Positions 1-8,476 of a DNA stretch of 64,000 nucleotides are shown piece by piece. The translations under genes and the position numbers were made by a program. Under the pieces are notes generated by a model. It saw only the letters and a list, made by a program, of their open reading frames with translations. It had not been told where the DNA came from and searched no databases. Every line of letters begins with the position of its first letter. Within the stretch, counting starts at the first letter, position 1. This stretch comes from Gemmatimonadales bacterium (lineage in GTDB: Bacteria; Gemmatimonadota; Gemmatimonadetes; Gemmatimonadales; GWC2-71-9): the NCBI GenBank assembly GCA_041615815.1, contig JBFJCP010000020.1, forward strand, positions 1-64,000. Reading direction: 5' to 3'.

Positions 1-124
1 CCAACCCCTTCTTCGACTGCACCAACGTGATCGCCGCCGTCAACGTCGTCTTCCCATGATCCACATGCCCAATCGTCCCCACATTCACATGCGGCTTCGT
101 CCGCTCAAACTTCGCCTTCGCCAT
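1..124 (-). CDS. tuf: Elongation factor Tu, 5' end (runs off window)
   Basis: Manual translation [33 protein letters not shown]; lies downstream of the classic tRNA cluster. Confidence 0.98.
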   Translation of the reverse strand, partial: MAKAKFERTKPHVNVGTIGHVDHGKTTLTAAITLVQSKKGL

Positions 125-243
125 GGTGTCTGGCTCCTCAAATGGTGAACTGCCCCGCTGTGGCTGCCGCAATCCCGACGGCGCCACTGGACTCGCGGCC
201 GATCAACGTCCCCATTACTCCCCCACCACTGTCACCGATCCAG

Positions 244-315
<72 letters not shown>

Positions 316-320
316 TAGGA

Positions 321-393
321 AGCGGGCGACGGGATTCGAACCCGCGACCCTCAGCTTGGAAGGCTGATGCTCTACCATCTGAGCTACACCCGC
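321..393 (-). tRNA. tRNA-Gly(TCC)
   Basis: GCGGGTGTAGCTCAGATGGTAGAGC..GCCTTCCAAGC..GGTTCGAATCC. Confidence 0.95.
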
Positions 394-433
394 GCTGTCC
401 GTGTCCCACAATCCACCCGATCGCTGACATCCA

Positions 434-516
434 TGGTGGGGGTAGGATTCGAACCTACGTAGGCATTCGCCGGCAGATTTACAGTCTGCTCCCTTTGGCC
501 GCTCGGGCACCCCACC
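434..516 (-). tRNA. tRNA-Tyr(GTA)
   Basis: GGTGGGGTGCCCGAGCGGCCAAAGGG..GACTGTAAATC, long variable arm, GGTTCGAATCC. Confidence 0.95.
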
Positions 517-588
517 GTTGCCCGCTGTGGCGCAAACACGGCCAAACGCACACCCCTCTCGGGGCGCGTCGCCCGCCCGCGCCGGTCA

Positions 589-664
589 TGGAGCTGACGA
601 AGGGACTCGAACCCTTAACCTGCTGATTACAAATCAGCTGCTCTACCAGTTGAGCTACGTCAGC
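589..664 (-). tRNA. tRNA-Thr(TGT)
   Basis: GCTGACGTAGCTCAACTGGTAGAGC..GATTTGTAATC..GGTTCGAGTCC, encoded CCA; Thr-Tyr-Gly-Thr-tuf order as in the E. coli tufB operon. Confidence 0.95.
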
Positions 665-690
665 GTTGGCCCGTTTTTCGCCAGACCTTC

Positions 691-719
691 AGGATAACCA
701 CCCCGGACGAGGCAGTCAA
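691..719 (-). promoter_or_regulatory. Sigma70-type promoter of the tRNA-tuf operon
   Basis: TTGACT-N17-TATCCT on the minus strand, ending 27 nt before the first tRNA. Confidence 0.7.
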
Positions 720-757
720 CGGGCTCCAACACCCTGAAATCAGGACGCTTGGGAGTC

Positions 758-2197
758 TCAAACCCGCCGCCGCCAGCGGGTCCCCTGCGGCGTGTCCTCC
801 AGCTCGATCCCCCGGGCGACGAGCTCGTCACGAATCGCGTCCGCGCTGGCGTAATCCCGCGCTCGCCGGGCGCGCTCCCGGTCCGCGATCCGATCCGTAA
901 CCCATTGTGCCAACGAGGGATCGACGCTTTGGGAGTTCGGGAGCACGTCGAGAACGTCCATCGTGCGCTGAAGCTCGCGAAGCGCCTCCCGCGCCGCCCC
1001 CGAGCCCCAATGACCCCTGTCGAGTTGCCGGTTGGCCTGGCGAGCGAACGAGAAGACCGCCCCGAGCGCGCGCGGCGCGTTGAGATCCTCGTCCATCGCC
1101 ACCTCGAAGTCGCGCCGGAGGAGGGCCACCGGCTCGAGGGCCGACGGCGCCCCACCAGCACCGTCAGCAGCGGCGGCATCCTCCAAACGCACCGCCAACT
1201 CCCCGAGACGGCGCGCACCCTCCCCCGCGGCCCGTAACGCCTCGTCGGTGAAGTTGAGTTGCTGACGATAGTGGGTCGAGAACATGAGCAAGCGCACCGC
1301 GCTCGCGTCTACCCCCTGCTCGTGCAAGTCTCTCGCGGTGAGAATGTTGCCATACCGCTTCGACATCTTGGTGCCGTCCATCAGGAGAAACTCCCCGTGC
1401 AGCCACCACCGGGCGAACGCCTCGCCCGTAGCTCCCTCGGATTGGGCGATCTCATTCTCGTGATGGGGGAAGATCAAATCGACACCACCGGCGTGGATGT
1501 CCAGCGTCTCCACGTTGAACCTCCGCCGGATTTCCTCGAGCGCCATCGCCGAACACTCCAGGTGCCACCCCGGTCGCCCACGGCCAAACGGCGCATCCCA
1601 CGCGGCGCCCACTGCCTCATCCCGGGCCGTCGCAGCCTTCCATACCGCAAAATCCCGCAGATCTTCTTTGCCGTATTCATCACTCGCCACCCGGGCCCCT
1701 GGCTGGAGATCGGCCCGGTCCAACCGCGCCAACCGACCGTACATCGGGAACCGATCGACGGCAAAGTAGACCGAACCGTCATCCCCCCGGTACGCCACCC
1801 CACGCTCGAGCAGCGTCTCGACGAGCGCTACCATGCGCTCGACGTATTCGGTGGCCCGGGGATACACGTCCGCCGGCCGGATTCGGAGGTAGTCGCGATC
1901 TTCGAAGAACGCGCGAACGAAGGGGTCGGTATGGTGGGTGAGCAGGGTGCCGGCGGCCGCCGCTGCATCGATGGTCCGGTCGTCCACATCGGTGAGATTC
2001 ATGATCTGGAAGACCGTGTAGCCTCGGTACTCGAGGTAGCGACGGAGAAGGTCCTCGAAGAGAAAGGTTCTGAAGTTGCCGATATGGGCGTAGTTCCAAA
2101 CCGTAGGCCCGCAGGTGTACATCGTCACTCGTGGAGGGTGGAGCGGCTCGAAGGGCTCGAGCCGCCGGGTCAGCGTGTTGTGGAGCGCCAGGGTCAC
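758..2197 (-). CDS. cysS: Cysteine--tRNA ligase
   Basis: YTCGPTV, HIGN, GRPGWHLECSAM, DLIFPHHENE, KMSK motifs. Confidence 0.98.
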   Translation of the reverse strand: MTLALHNTLTRRLEPFEPLHPPRVTMYTCGPTVWNYAHIGNFRTFLFEDLLRRYLEYRGYTVFQIMNLTDVDDRTIDAAAAAGTLLTHHTDPFVRAFFEDRDYLRIRPADVYPRATEYVERMVALVETLLERGVAYRGDDGSVYFAVDRFPMYGRLARLDRADLQPGARVASDEYGKEDLRDFAVWKAATARDEAVGAAWDAPFGRGRPGWHLECSAMALEEIRRRFNVETLDIHAGGVDLIFPHHENEIAQSEGATGEAFARWWLHGEFLLMDGTKMSKRYGNILTARDLHEQGVDASAVRLLMFSTHYRQQLNFTDEALRAAGEGARRLGELAVRLEDAAAADGAGGAPSALEPVALLRRDFEVAMDEDLNAPRALGAVFSFARQANRQLDRGHWGSGAAREALRELQRTMDVLDVLPNSQSVDPSLAQWVTDRIADRERARRARDYASADAIRDELVARGIELEDTPQGTRWRRRV

Positions 2198-3143
2198 GAC
2201 CGGCGTTCGCGCTCGTGACCGTCGAGCGCTTCGAGCAGCGACCCGGCATCACGCACGTGAACCGTGCGTTGGGGGAACGGGATTTCGATTCCTTCGGCGT
2301 CAAAGCGATTCTTGAGCCGTCGACGCAGCTCTCGCCGAACCTCGAATTGTTTGCCGGGCCGCGTCCCCGCGACGATTCGAATATTGACCGAGCTGTCCCC
2401 CAAGCCCTCGACCCCCCACACGGAGGGCTCCTCGACCAGCCTGGGTCGCCAATCCCCGTCCCGCCACAGCTCTGCCCCGACCTCCCGCATCACCCGAATC
2501 ACCTCGTCCACATTTTCCTTGTACGCCACCGCTATGTCCAGCACCGCGCGCGACCACTCCCGCGTGCGGTTGCTCACCAAATTGATCGAGCCATTGGGAA
2601 TGACGTGGAGAACCCCCTCCACATCGCGCAGCATGACCACTCGCAACGTCATCTGCTCGACGACACCGCCTTTCCCGTTGATCTCGACGATGTCGTCCAC
2701 CGTGAACTGGTTTTCCAGGACGATGAAGAACCCGCTGATCACATCCTTGACGAGACTCTGGGCGCCGAAGGAGACGGCCAGGCCGGCCACGCCAACACCG
2801 GCCAACAACGGCCCAATCGCAATGAACAAATTGAGGATGGAAAGGAGGGCCGCGAGGACAATGACCACCGCACCCGCGCTGTTCACGAGACCCACGAGTG
2901 TCTCGGCTCGTTGACTCCGCTCGTCGTCGCCATCCTGTGCGAACGGCGCTGGAGTCGACCGGTGACCCATCGGAGCACGCGATACGTGAGCCACGCGAAC
3001 ACCACCAGCGCCAGGGCCCTGACCGCATCGTACAGAAGCTCCTGACCGTCGATGCCCAGCGCCTCGGCGAGGCCGCGGGCTGCACTCCCTATCCGCTCGG
3101 CGACTTGCGTCAGACCCCGGATGCTCGAGACCATGAACCCCAC
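2194..3143 (-). pseudogene. Small-conductance mechanosensitive channel (MscS/YbiO-like), split by a 1-nt frameshift near 2945 (true mutation or sequencing error)
   Basis: The N-terminal TM segment is in ORF 2883..3143; the MscS core (GLAVSFGAQSLVKD, IPNG, IEIPFPQRTV) is in the adjacent frame 2194..2994. Confidence 0.75.
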
Positions 3144-3235
3144 CGATAGTCGGTCCTCTAACCCAAACGTTTACAAGAACTTTCGAGTGGAGAAACGTAG
3201 ATGGCTGCTGGGCTCCCCGTCAACGGAGCGACGGG

Positions 3236-3910
3236 TCAAGGGCGGCCAAGGAGCAGCAGCAAGAAGGGCTGGCTGAACGCCCACGTCATCACACCGGCGA
3301 TCATCACGGCCATCACGGGGAGCGCGAACCGCCACGGGCCCAGCCGGGCAGCGACCAGTTCCTTGAGTCCCAGTGACCAGAGCACTACACACCATAGCGC
3401 GACGAGATTGACACGCGCGTCGACCACGTGCATCCACGTCGGTGCGCCCCTCCCGGACCACACGAGCAACGGCCCGCTGACAAAACGATGGGGAAGTTCC
3501 ACCACAGCCCCCGGGGTCCGGGCCACGGCAGCCGCGTAGGTCACGACCAACTCCCCGACGCGTTGCACACCCACGGGAGCGAGTCCCAACACCGCCACGG
3601 CCACGAGTGCCGCTCGGCGGTGGCGGGCGATCCCCAAGGCGGGTTCCGCCAGCAACACCAACACGCCAGCCGCAAGAACGAGAGATGGGGGCGGGACCAA
3701 CCGATCCACCACGATAAGGCGGACGAGCCCGGGCCGCATGAGGGCGTAGCGCGAGTCCGGACCCGCCAGCACCTCTGCCAACAGGGCGAGTTGTCGGGGA
3801 AGCGTTCCGAGGCTGAGCACCACGAGGCTCAAGACGAGCACGATCGTCAGCCGCGTGGCCTGGGGATCGCGCACCGCGGATCGCAAGGCGCTTGTGGGAT
3901 CCACCAGCAT
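3236..3910 (-). CDS. Multi-pass membrane protein, Yip1-like
   Basis: Several hydrophobic segments; N-terminal LVDPTSAL..P and C-terminal LVALW..VLWSLGL pattern; start uncertain. Confidence 0.55.
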   Translation of the reverse strand: MLVDPTSALRSAVRDPQATRLTIVLVLSLVVLSLGTLPRQLALLAEVLAGPDSRYALMRPGLVRLIVVDRLVPPPSLVLAAGVLVLLAEPALGIARHRRAALVAVAVLGLAPVGVQRVGELVVTYAAAVARTPGAVVELPHRFVSGPLLVWSGRGAPTWMHVVDARVNLVALWCVVLWSLGLKELVAARLGPWRFALPVMAVMIAGVMTWAFSQPFLLLLLGRP

Positions 3911-3996
3911 ACCTAGCAGACGAAGCAGGGACGTGCCCAGACCTCGGGTGGCCCCTCGCGGAGCCCCGCCACCGCGACCTCGCGCCGGGACCGAAT

Positions 3997-4019
3997 GCGG
4001 GGAGCCTTTGGCTCCCCGC
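3997..4019. terminator. GC-rich hairpin downstream of the small peptide gene
   Basis: GCGGGGAGCC-TTT-GGCTCCCCGC perfect 10-bp stem; no clear U-tract. Confidence 0.5.
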
Positions 4020-4057
4020 CGCCGCCCGTTCGGTCCGGTATGAATCATGTCAGACCG

Positions 4058-4264
4058 CTACTCAAGAGCGCACAACCCTCCGCGAATGATGTAGCACCAT
4101 CCACGGAGCGCGGACGCGTATATCCCCCCGCCGGGGAAGTCCGCATTGCACGAATCGATCGCCTCCTGGAGGCAGGGCTTCCCGGCCGCCGCTTCGGCGG
4201 GAGAGGCATAGGGCAGCACCGTGAGGGCCGCCGTCACCAAAGCGAGATGCAGTAAGCGTTTCAC
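4058..4264 (-). CDS. Small secreted peptide with twin CX7C motifs
   Basis: GGAGGAGG RBS before GTG; Sec-type signal ending AEA; mature part CLQEAIDSC-X17-CYIIRGGLC. Confidence 0.7.
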   Translation of the reverse strand: MKRLLHLALVTAALTVLPYASPAEAAAGKPCLQEAIDSCNADFPGGGIYASALRGWCYIIRGGLCALE

Positions 4265-4387
4265 GTCGTCCTCCTCCACATCGGGGTGGGGTTGGGACCA
4301 ACCGAGCGGTTGCCCCGTTGGGACGGCGTGAGGATAGGAGTTGTCGGGTTCGGCGGTGTGATCCGACGGGTGCGGCGAAGAGCGTTT

Positions 4388-5533
4388 TTACGCCGACGGC
4401 TGGGCGGGCGCAGCCTCGGTGGTCGTCGGAACGGCGATGATGGGACGCTCACCGGTCTTGGTGTCGACGAGCACGGCAGCGGTCACACGCGTCATGTCCA
4501 GCTCATGATAGATCTCGCTGAAGAGCACGTCGCGAATGACGACCATGGTGACCGCGAGTGCGGGGACGGCCACCACCAGACCGAGCGGGCCGAGCAACGT
4601 CGCCATGATGAGCACGCTGGCAATGGTCAGCACGGGCGGCAAGTTGACCCGGTGCTCAAAGATCACAGGAGCAACGACGTTGGCTTCGACGAGGTGCACC
4701 ACCACACCGAGCCCCGCCACCGCCAGCGCATGCACCCATCCACCGATACCGAGGACCAATAACGCCGGGAGGATCGTGGAGATGATGGTGCCGAAGAACG
4801 GCACGATGGCCACCACTCCGGTGAACACCCCAAAGGCCAGCGCATAGGGAACGCGGAGGGCCAGGAGACCCACCCAGGTGAGGATGCCGAGCACCAGCAT
4901 AGCGAAGAGCTGGGCCCAGATCCAGGTACGGAGCGTGATGGCAAGGTCTGCGAGTGTGGTCCGAGCGATGTGGCGTACCTTGGGCGGAAACAGGGCGATG
5001 AGCCCCTCGCGGTATCGCGAGGGGTTGCGGGCCAGGTAGATCGCCATGGCCAGCACGCTGATCAGCTCAACCGCGAGTTTGCCCCCGGAGGCGAGGTAGT
5101 TGAAGACGGAGCCCCGCATGGCGTCGATCAGCGAGCCCACCAAGCCACCCCCTTGCCCACCGGCGGTCATCCGCTCGAACACCGGATACTCCTGCGCGAG
5201 CTCCACCATGATCCGATCGAGGCCTTGTGCGTAACCGGGGAGCGCACCGACCAGATCTTGAACCTGTCGGACAAACAGCGGCACGATCAGCGCGCCGACA
5301 CCCGCGGCGCCGATCAAGGTGACCAGGATGGCCACCGTGAGTGAGACCGCGCGGCTCAGCCGCGCGTGGTGTACCAGGACGTCGGTGATGGCGGAGAAAT
5401 AGATCGCGACGATCGCCGCGATGAAAATGAGAAGCAGGACTTCTCGGACGTGGCTCAGGAAGATCAGAAGGAGGACGGCGACGAACAGCGCCGCCACCGT
5501 CCCGGCCAGCCGACGCCAGCCGACGTCGCTCAC
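4388..5533 (-). CDS. AI-2E (PerM) family transporter
   Basis: Multi-TM; IVPFFG, EANVVAP, LGPLGLVVAVP motifs; start overlaps the pspA stop. Confidence 0.9.
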   Translation of the reverse strand: MSDVGWRRLAGTVAALFVAVLLLIFLSHVREVLLLIFIAAIVAIYFSAITDVLVHHARLSRAVSLTVAILVTLIGAAGVGALIVPLFVRQVQDLVGALPGYAQGLDRIMVELAQEYPVFERMTAGGQGGGLVGSLIDAMRGSVFNYLASGGKLAVELISVLAMAIYLARNPSRYREGLIALFPPKVRHIARTTLADLAITLRTWIWAQLFAMLVLGILTWVGLLALRVPYALAFGVFTGVVAIVPFFGTIISTILPALLVLGIGGWVHALAVAGLGVVVHLVEANVVAPVIFEHRVNLPPVLTIASVLIMATLLGPLGLVVAVPALAVTMVVIRDVLFSEIYHELDMTRVTAAVLVDTKTGERPIIAVPTTTEAAPAQPSA

Positions 5534-6309
5534 TAACCCTCCCGGCTGGCGTCGTTGTCTTCGATGACCTCAGCGTCCGTGACGTCTTCCCCGTCGTCGT
5601 CCCCACCCGGCAACTGCCTCCGTGCCTCACCGGGAGGAAGCACGCCCATCCGCTCTTTCAGCTCCAACAGTTGCTGATCGGCGCTCCCCTTGAACTCGAG
5701 CTCCTCGAACTGGCGAGACAGGGTGTCGCCGGTCAGTTCACCCGCCAGCTCGGCTGCCGCCAGTGCCTGCTGCTCCATCTCCTCGATCCGCTCCTCCATC
5801 CGCTGAAAGCGCTCGAAGGCGCTGCTCTCGTTGATGGTGGACATGGTCTCGCGGATTCTCGTCTGCGCCTGTGCACGTTTTTGCCGCGCCACGAGCAGGT
5901 TCTTCTTGCGCTTGGCTTCTTCAATGCGATCGTTGAGCTCCCGAAGGGAGTCCTTCAACGACTCGGTGTCCGCTTTGTGGCGCAGCCACGTCTCGTGCAG
6001 CTGCTGCGCGTGCTGCAAGTGCTCGTTGTGGCGCATGAGCGCCTGCTTGGCGAGATCGTCACGCCCCTCCTGCACCGCCAACATGGCACGCCGCTCCCAC
6101 TCGTCGGCGGCCTTTTTCTCTTTCTCCACCTGCGCTTGCAGCTTCTTCTCGTCGGCGATGGCGGCGGCCACGTCCTGTTTGGTCTTGGCCAGCTGCCCGC
6201 GCATCTCGAGCAGCAGCTGATCCAAGACTTTTTCGGGATTCTCGGCCCGGCCAATGAGCGCGTTGATGTTCGCCTTGATGACCGTCATGAGACGTTGGAA
6301 AATGCCCAT
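5533..6309 (-). CDS. pspA: PspA/IM30 family protein
   Basis: MGIFQRL..IKANINALI..AENPEK, coiled coil, GRDDLAKQAL, SAFERFQRMEERI. Confidence 0.95.
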   Translation of the reverse strand: MGIFQRLMTVIKANINALIGRAENPEKVLDQLLLEMRGQLAKTKQDVAAAIADEKKLQAQVEKEKKAADEWERRAMLAVQEGRDDLAKQALMRHNEHLQHAQQLHETWLRHKADTESLKDSLRELNDRIEEAKRKKNLLVARQKRAQAQTRIRETMSTINESSAFERFQRMEERIEEMEQQALAAAELAGELTGDTLSRQFEELEFKGSADQQLLELKERMGVLPPGEARRQLPGGDDDGEDVTDAEVIEDNDASREG

Positions 6310-6390
6310 AATCGGAAGCTCGCCTCCGGATGCGGCGTCCGTGCCCCGGCGGCGGCGGACGCTCGGTCAGAGCTAGTAGTCGCAGTCGGC

Positions 6391-6666
6391 CTAGTCGAGA
6401 CCGGTCGACTGAGGGATCGCCTCCCGACGACGCATAGCGGTCAACGCCCGTTCCGTAAAATCCACCCGCTCGCCGAGGTCGTAGACCTCGGCCCGTAAAC
6501 CAGTCACGGCGTGTGCCAAATCGTCGACCGACTCCTGCAACCGCCGTATCGATTCGTCATCAGCTGGCGCCCGCCGTCTCGCCACCATTTGGCGGCGGCC
6601 GTGCGGCGATCGAAACCAGCAGACCGCGCAGGCCGCGATCGCCATGGCAATGAACATGAATCCCAT
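6391..6666 (-). CDS. Small single-TM coiled-coil protein, PspB-like array member 6
   Basis: N-terminal TM; ERVDFTERAL; RBS GGGAG. Confidence 0.8.
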   Translation of the reverse strand: MGFMFIAMAIAACAVCWFRSPHGRRQMVARRRAPADDESIRRLQESVDDLAHAVTGLRAEVYDLGERVDFTERALTAMRRREAIPQSTGLD

Positions 6667-6751
6667 CGTGAATCTCCCTGGCGAGTAAGATCTCCCGTTA
6701 CCCGTCCGGCCGCCACTCGCGGCCGACCACCGGGCCCTCCACACGCCACCG

Positions 6752-6778
6752 TACGTGTAATGATGCCCCGCCGTTTCA
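6752..6778 (-). promoter_or_regulatory. Putative ECF sigma promoter
   Basis: TGAAAC-N17-CGTA, close to the B. subtilis SigW consensus TGAAAC-N16-CGTA, upstream of member 6 and pspA. Confidence 0.5.
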
Positions 6779-6807
6779 GCAGGGAACACACGCTGGCTAT
6801 TCGCGCG

Positions 6808-7098
6808 CTAGGCGCCCTGGGATGTCCCTTCCCGAGGAAAGCGGTCCGACTCCCGCGACTGCGAGAGAAGCCGCTCGGTGAAATCGAGACGCTCTTGCAC
6901 CTCTGACAGCTCTCCTCGAAGCTGGTCCAGCTCCTCCTGGACGGCGATGTGCGACTCCCAGAGCTTTTCAAAGGCCTTATCCGCTCCTCGCGGCCCCGAG
7001 CGGATCCGGTCGGCGATGGCCCGGCCAACCGGGGAGATGGCGAGCAGGAAGGCGCTCATGCCGCCAAACAGCAGCGTGATGGCGAGGATGTCCTCCAC
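6808..7098 (-). CDS. Small single-TM coiled-coil protein, PspB-like array member 5
   Basis: N-terminal TM; QERLDFTERLL. Confidence 0.85.
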   Translation of the reverse strand: MEDILAITLLFGGMSAFLLAISPVGRAIADRIRSGPRGADKAFEKLWESHIAVQEELDQLRGELSEVQERLDFTERLLSQSRESDRFPREGTSQGA

Positions 7099-7104
7099 GC
7101 CGCC

Positions 7105-7401
7105 CTACCCATCGACTCCCGGCAGCTGCTGACTCTTCGAACGCGCCAGGACGCGCTCGGTGAAATCCAACCGCTCCTCGACCTCCGCCAGCCGGTCCCG
7201 GAGATCGTCGACCCCCGCGAGCTGACGGCGCACGGTATCCAGCTCCGCCTTGAGCGCTGCGGCGTCTCCGCCGGGGAGGCGATCCGCGCGGCGCTCCAGC
7301 TGGCGACCGATCAGCTTCAGGATATGCCAGCCAAAGAACGTGGCCATCCCCATTCCCAGAATGGGGAAGACGACGTTCTGAATCCAGATCCAGCTCGGCA
7401 T
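7105..7401 (-). CDS. Small single-TM coiled-coil protein, PspB-like array member 4
   Basis: N-terminal TM; EERLDFTERVL. Confidence 0.85.
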   Translation of the reverse strand: MPSWIWIQNVVFPILGMGMATFFGWHILKLIGRQLERRADRLPGGDAAALKAELDTVRRQLAGVDDLRDRLAEVEERLDFTERVLARSKSQQLPGVDG

Positions 7402-7443
7402 CGCGGACTCCCGCCTAGTGTGTTTTGGAGCGGTGGTGCGAGG

Positions 7444-7722
7444 TCAGCTATCCCCCTTTGCCAGCCGCGCGCGCTCCTGCTGTTGCGTGAGCATTCGCTC
7501 TGCAAAATCGACCCGCTCCTCGAGCTCGAACACGCGCTCTCGTTCTTGCTCCAGGACCTCGAGCCGAGTCCGCAGCTGATCCAATTCGGCACGAACCTCA
7601 TTGGGAGCCGCAGCATCCCGACTCCGGCCCTCGATCCGCCGGACGACGGCTCGTATCACCGGCAGCCCCAAAATGATTCCGGTCGCCATGCCCGCGAGGG
7701 GAATCAGAATATCCTCTAACAC
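7444..7722 (-). CDS. Small single-TM coiled-coil protein, PspB-like array member 3
   Basis: N-terminal TM; EERVDFAERML. Confidence 0.85.
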   Translation of the reverse strand: MLEDILIPLAGMATGIILGLPVIRAVVRRIEGRSRDAAAPNEVRAELDQLRTRLEVLEQERERVFELEERVDFAERMLTQQQERARLAKGDS

Positions 7723-7777
7723 GGGAGAATCTCGAGGCCCGCGGGTTGGTGCCAGGTGGCGCTGTGCGAGATGGCCC

Positions 7778-8044
7778 TCACTTGTCTCCTGGGAGACTTT
7801 CCCGCTGCCGGGCCTGGGCCAGCAAGCGCTCGGCGAAATCGAGACGCTCCTCCATCTCGGTCAGACGAAACTGCACGTCGTCCAGCACGGAGCGCACCTC
7901 GTGCCGCAGCTCCTCAAGCTCACGGCTCGGCGCGCCGCTGGATCCCCCGGCAATCCGCTCGCCCAGCGCCTTTCCGAAGGGCCCTCGGAAGATCGAAACG
8001 AGACCGATCATCACAAAGAGGGTAATGGGAATGAGCGCCTCCAT
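7778..8044 (-). CDS. Small single-TM coiled-coil protein, PspB-like array member 2
   Basis: N-terminal TM; RGPFGKALGER; EERLDFAERLL. Confidence 0.85.
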   Translation of the reverse strand: MEALIPITLFVMIGLVSIFRGPFGKALGERIAGGSSGAPSRELEELRHEVRSVLDDVQFRLTEMEERLDFAERLLAQARQRESLPGDK

Positions 8045-8046
8045 CG

Positions 8047-8307
8047 CTAATTCCGCGGGGGAAGCCGCTCACGCTCACGCGCAAGCACGCGCTCGGTGAA
8101 GTCCACCCGTTCCTCCATTTCGGTCAGACGGTAACGCAGGTCTTCCACCTCGCTCCGAAGCGCTTCCACATCCGGGGACCCGTCGCGCACCGATCCACCA
8201 CCGAGGCGTTCGCCCAGGGCTTTGCCAAACGGCCCGCGGAGAATCGCCACCGCCGCGATGGACACAAACAGCGTGATGGGGACCAAGAAGACTGCGACTT
8301 CTTCCAT
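8047..8307 (-). CDS. Small single-TM coiled-coil protein, PspB-like array member 1
   Basis: GAGGAGA RBS; TM; RGPFGKALGER; EERVDFTERVL. Confidence 0.85.
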   Translation of the reverse strand: MEEVAVFLVPITLFVSIAAVAILRGPFGKALGERLGGGSVRDGSPDVEALRSEVEDLRYRLTEMEERVDFTERVLARERERLPPRN

Positions 8308-8476
8308 TGAATACCGTCTCCTCGGAGCCCTGCGGCCCGTTCCTGGGCCGGACCCGCTCGGTACGAACGACCCGCTCCCTGAGTTCAGCGACCTCGTTTT
8401 GGGGGCGGCGACCGCCCTATGCAACTACGGTCGCCGTTTCCCTTAGTGTCAACCACGCACCCACGATGCGCAACCG

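Noticed and set aside
6449..8120. Recurring nucleotide motif CGCTC(G/T)G(T/C)GAAATC..CGCTC at roughly 260-420 nt spacing, as a CRISPR or DNA repeat
   Set aside because: It encodes the conserved ERxDFxER peptide of the six paralogues; the spacing and degeneracy do not fit CRISPR, and there are no cas genes
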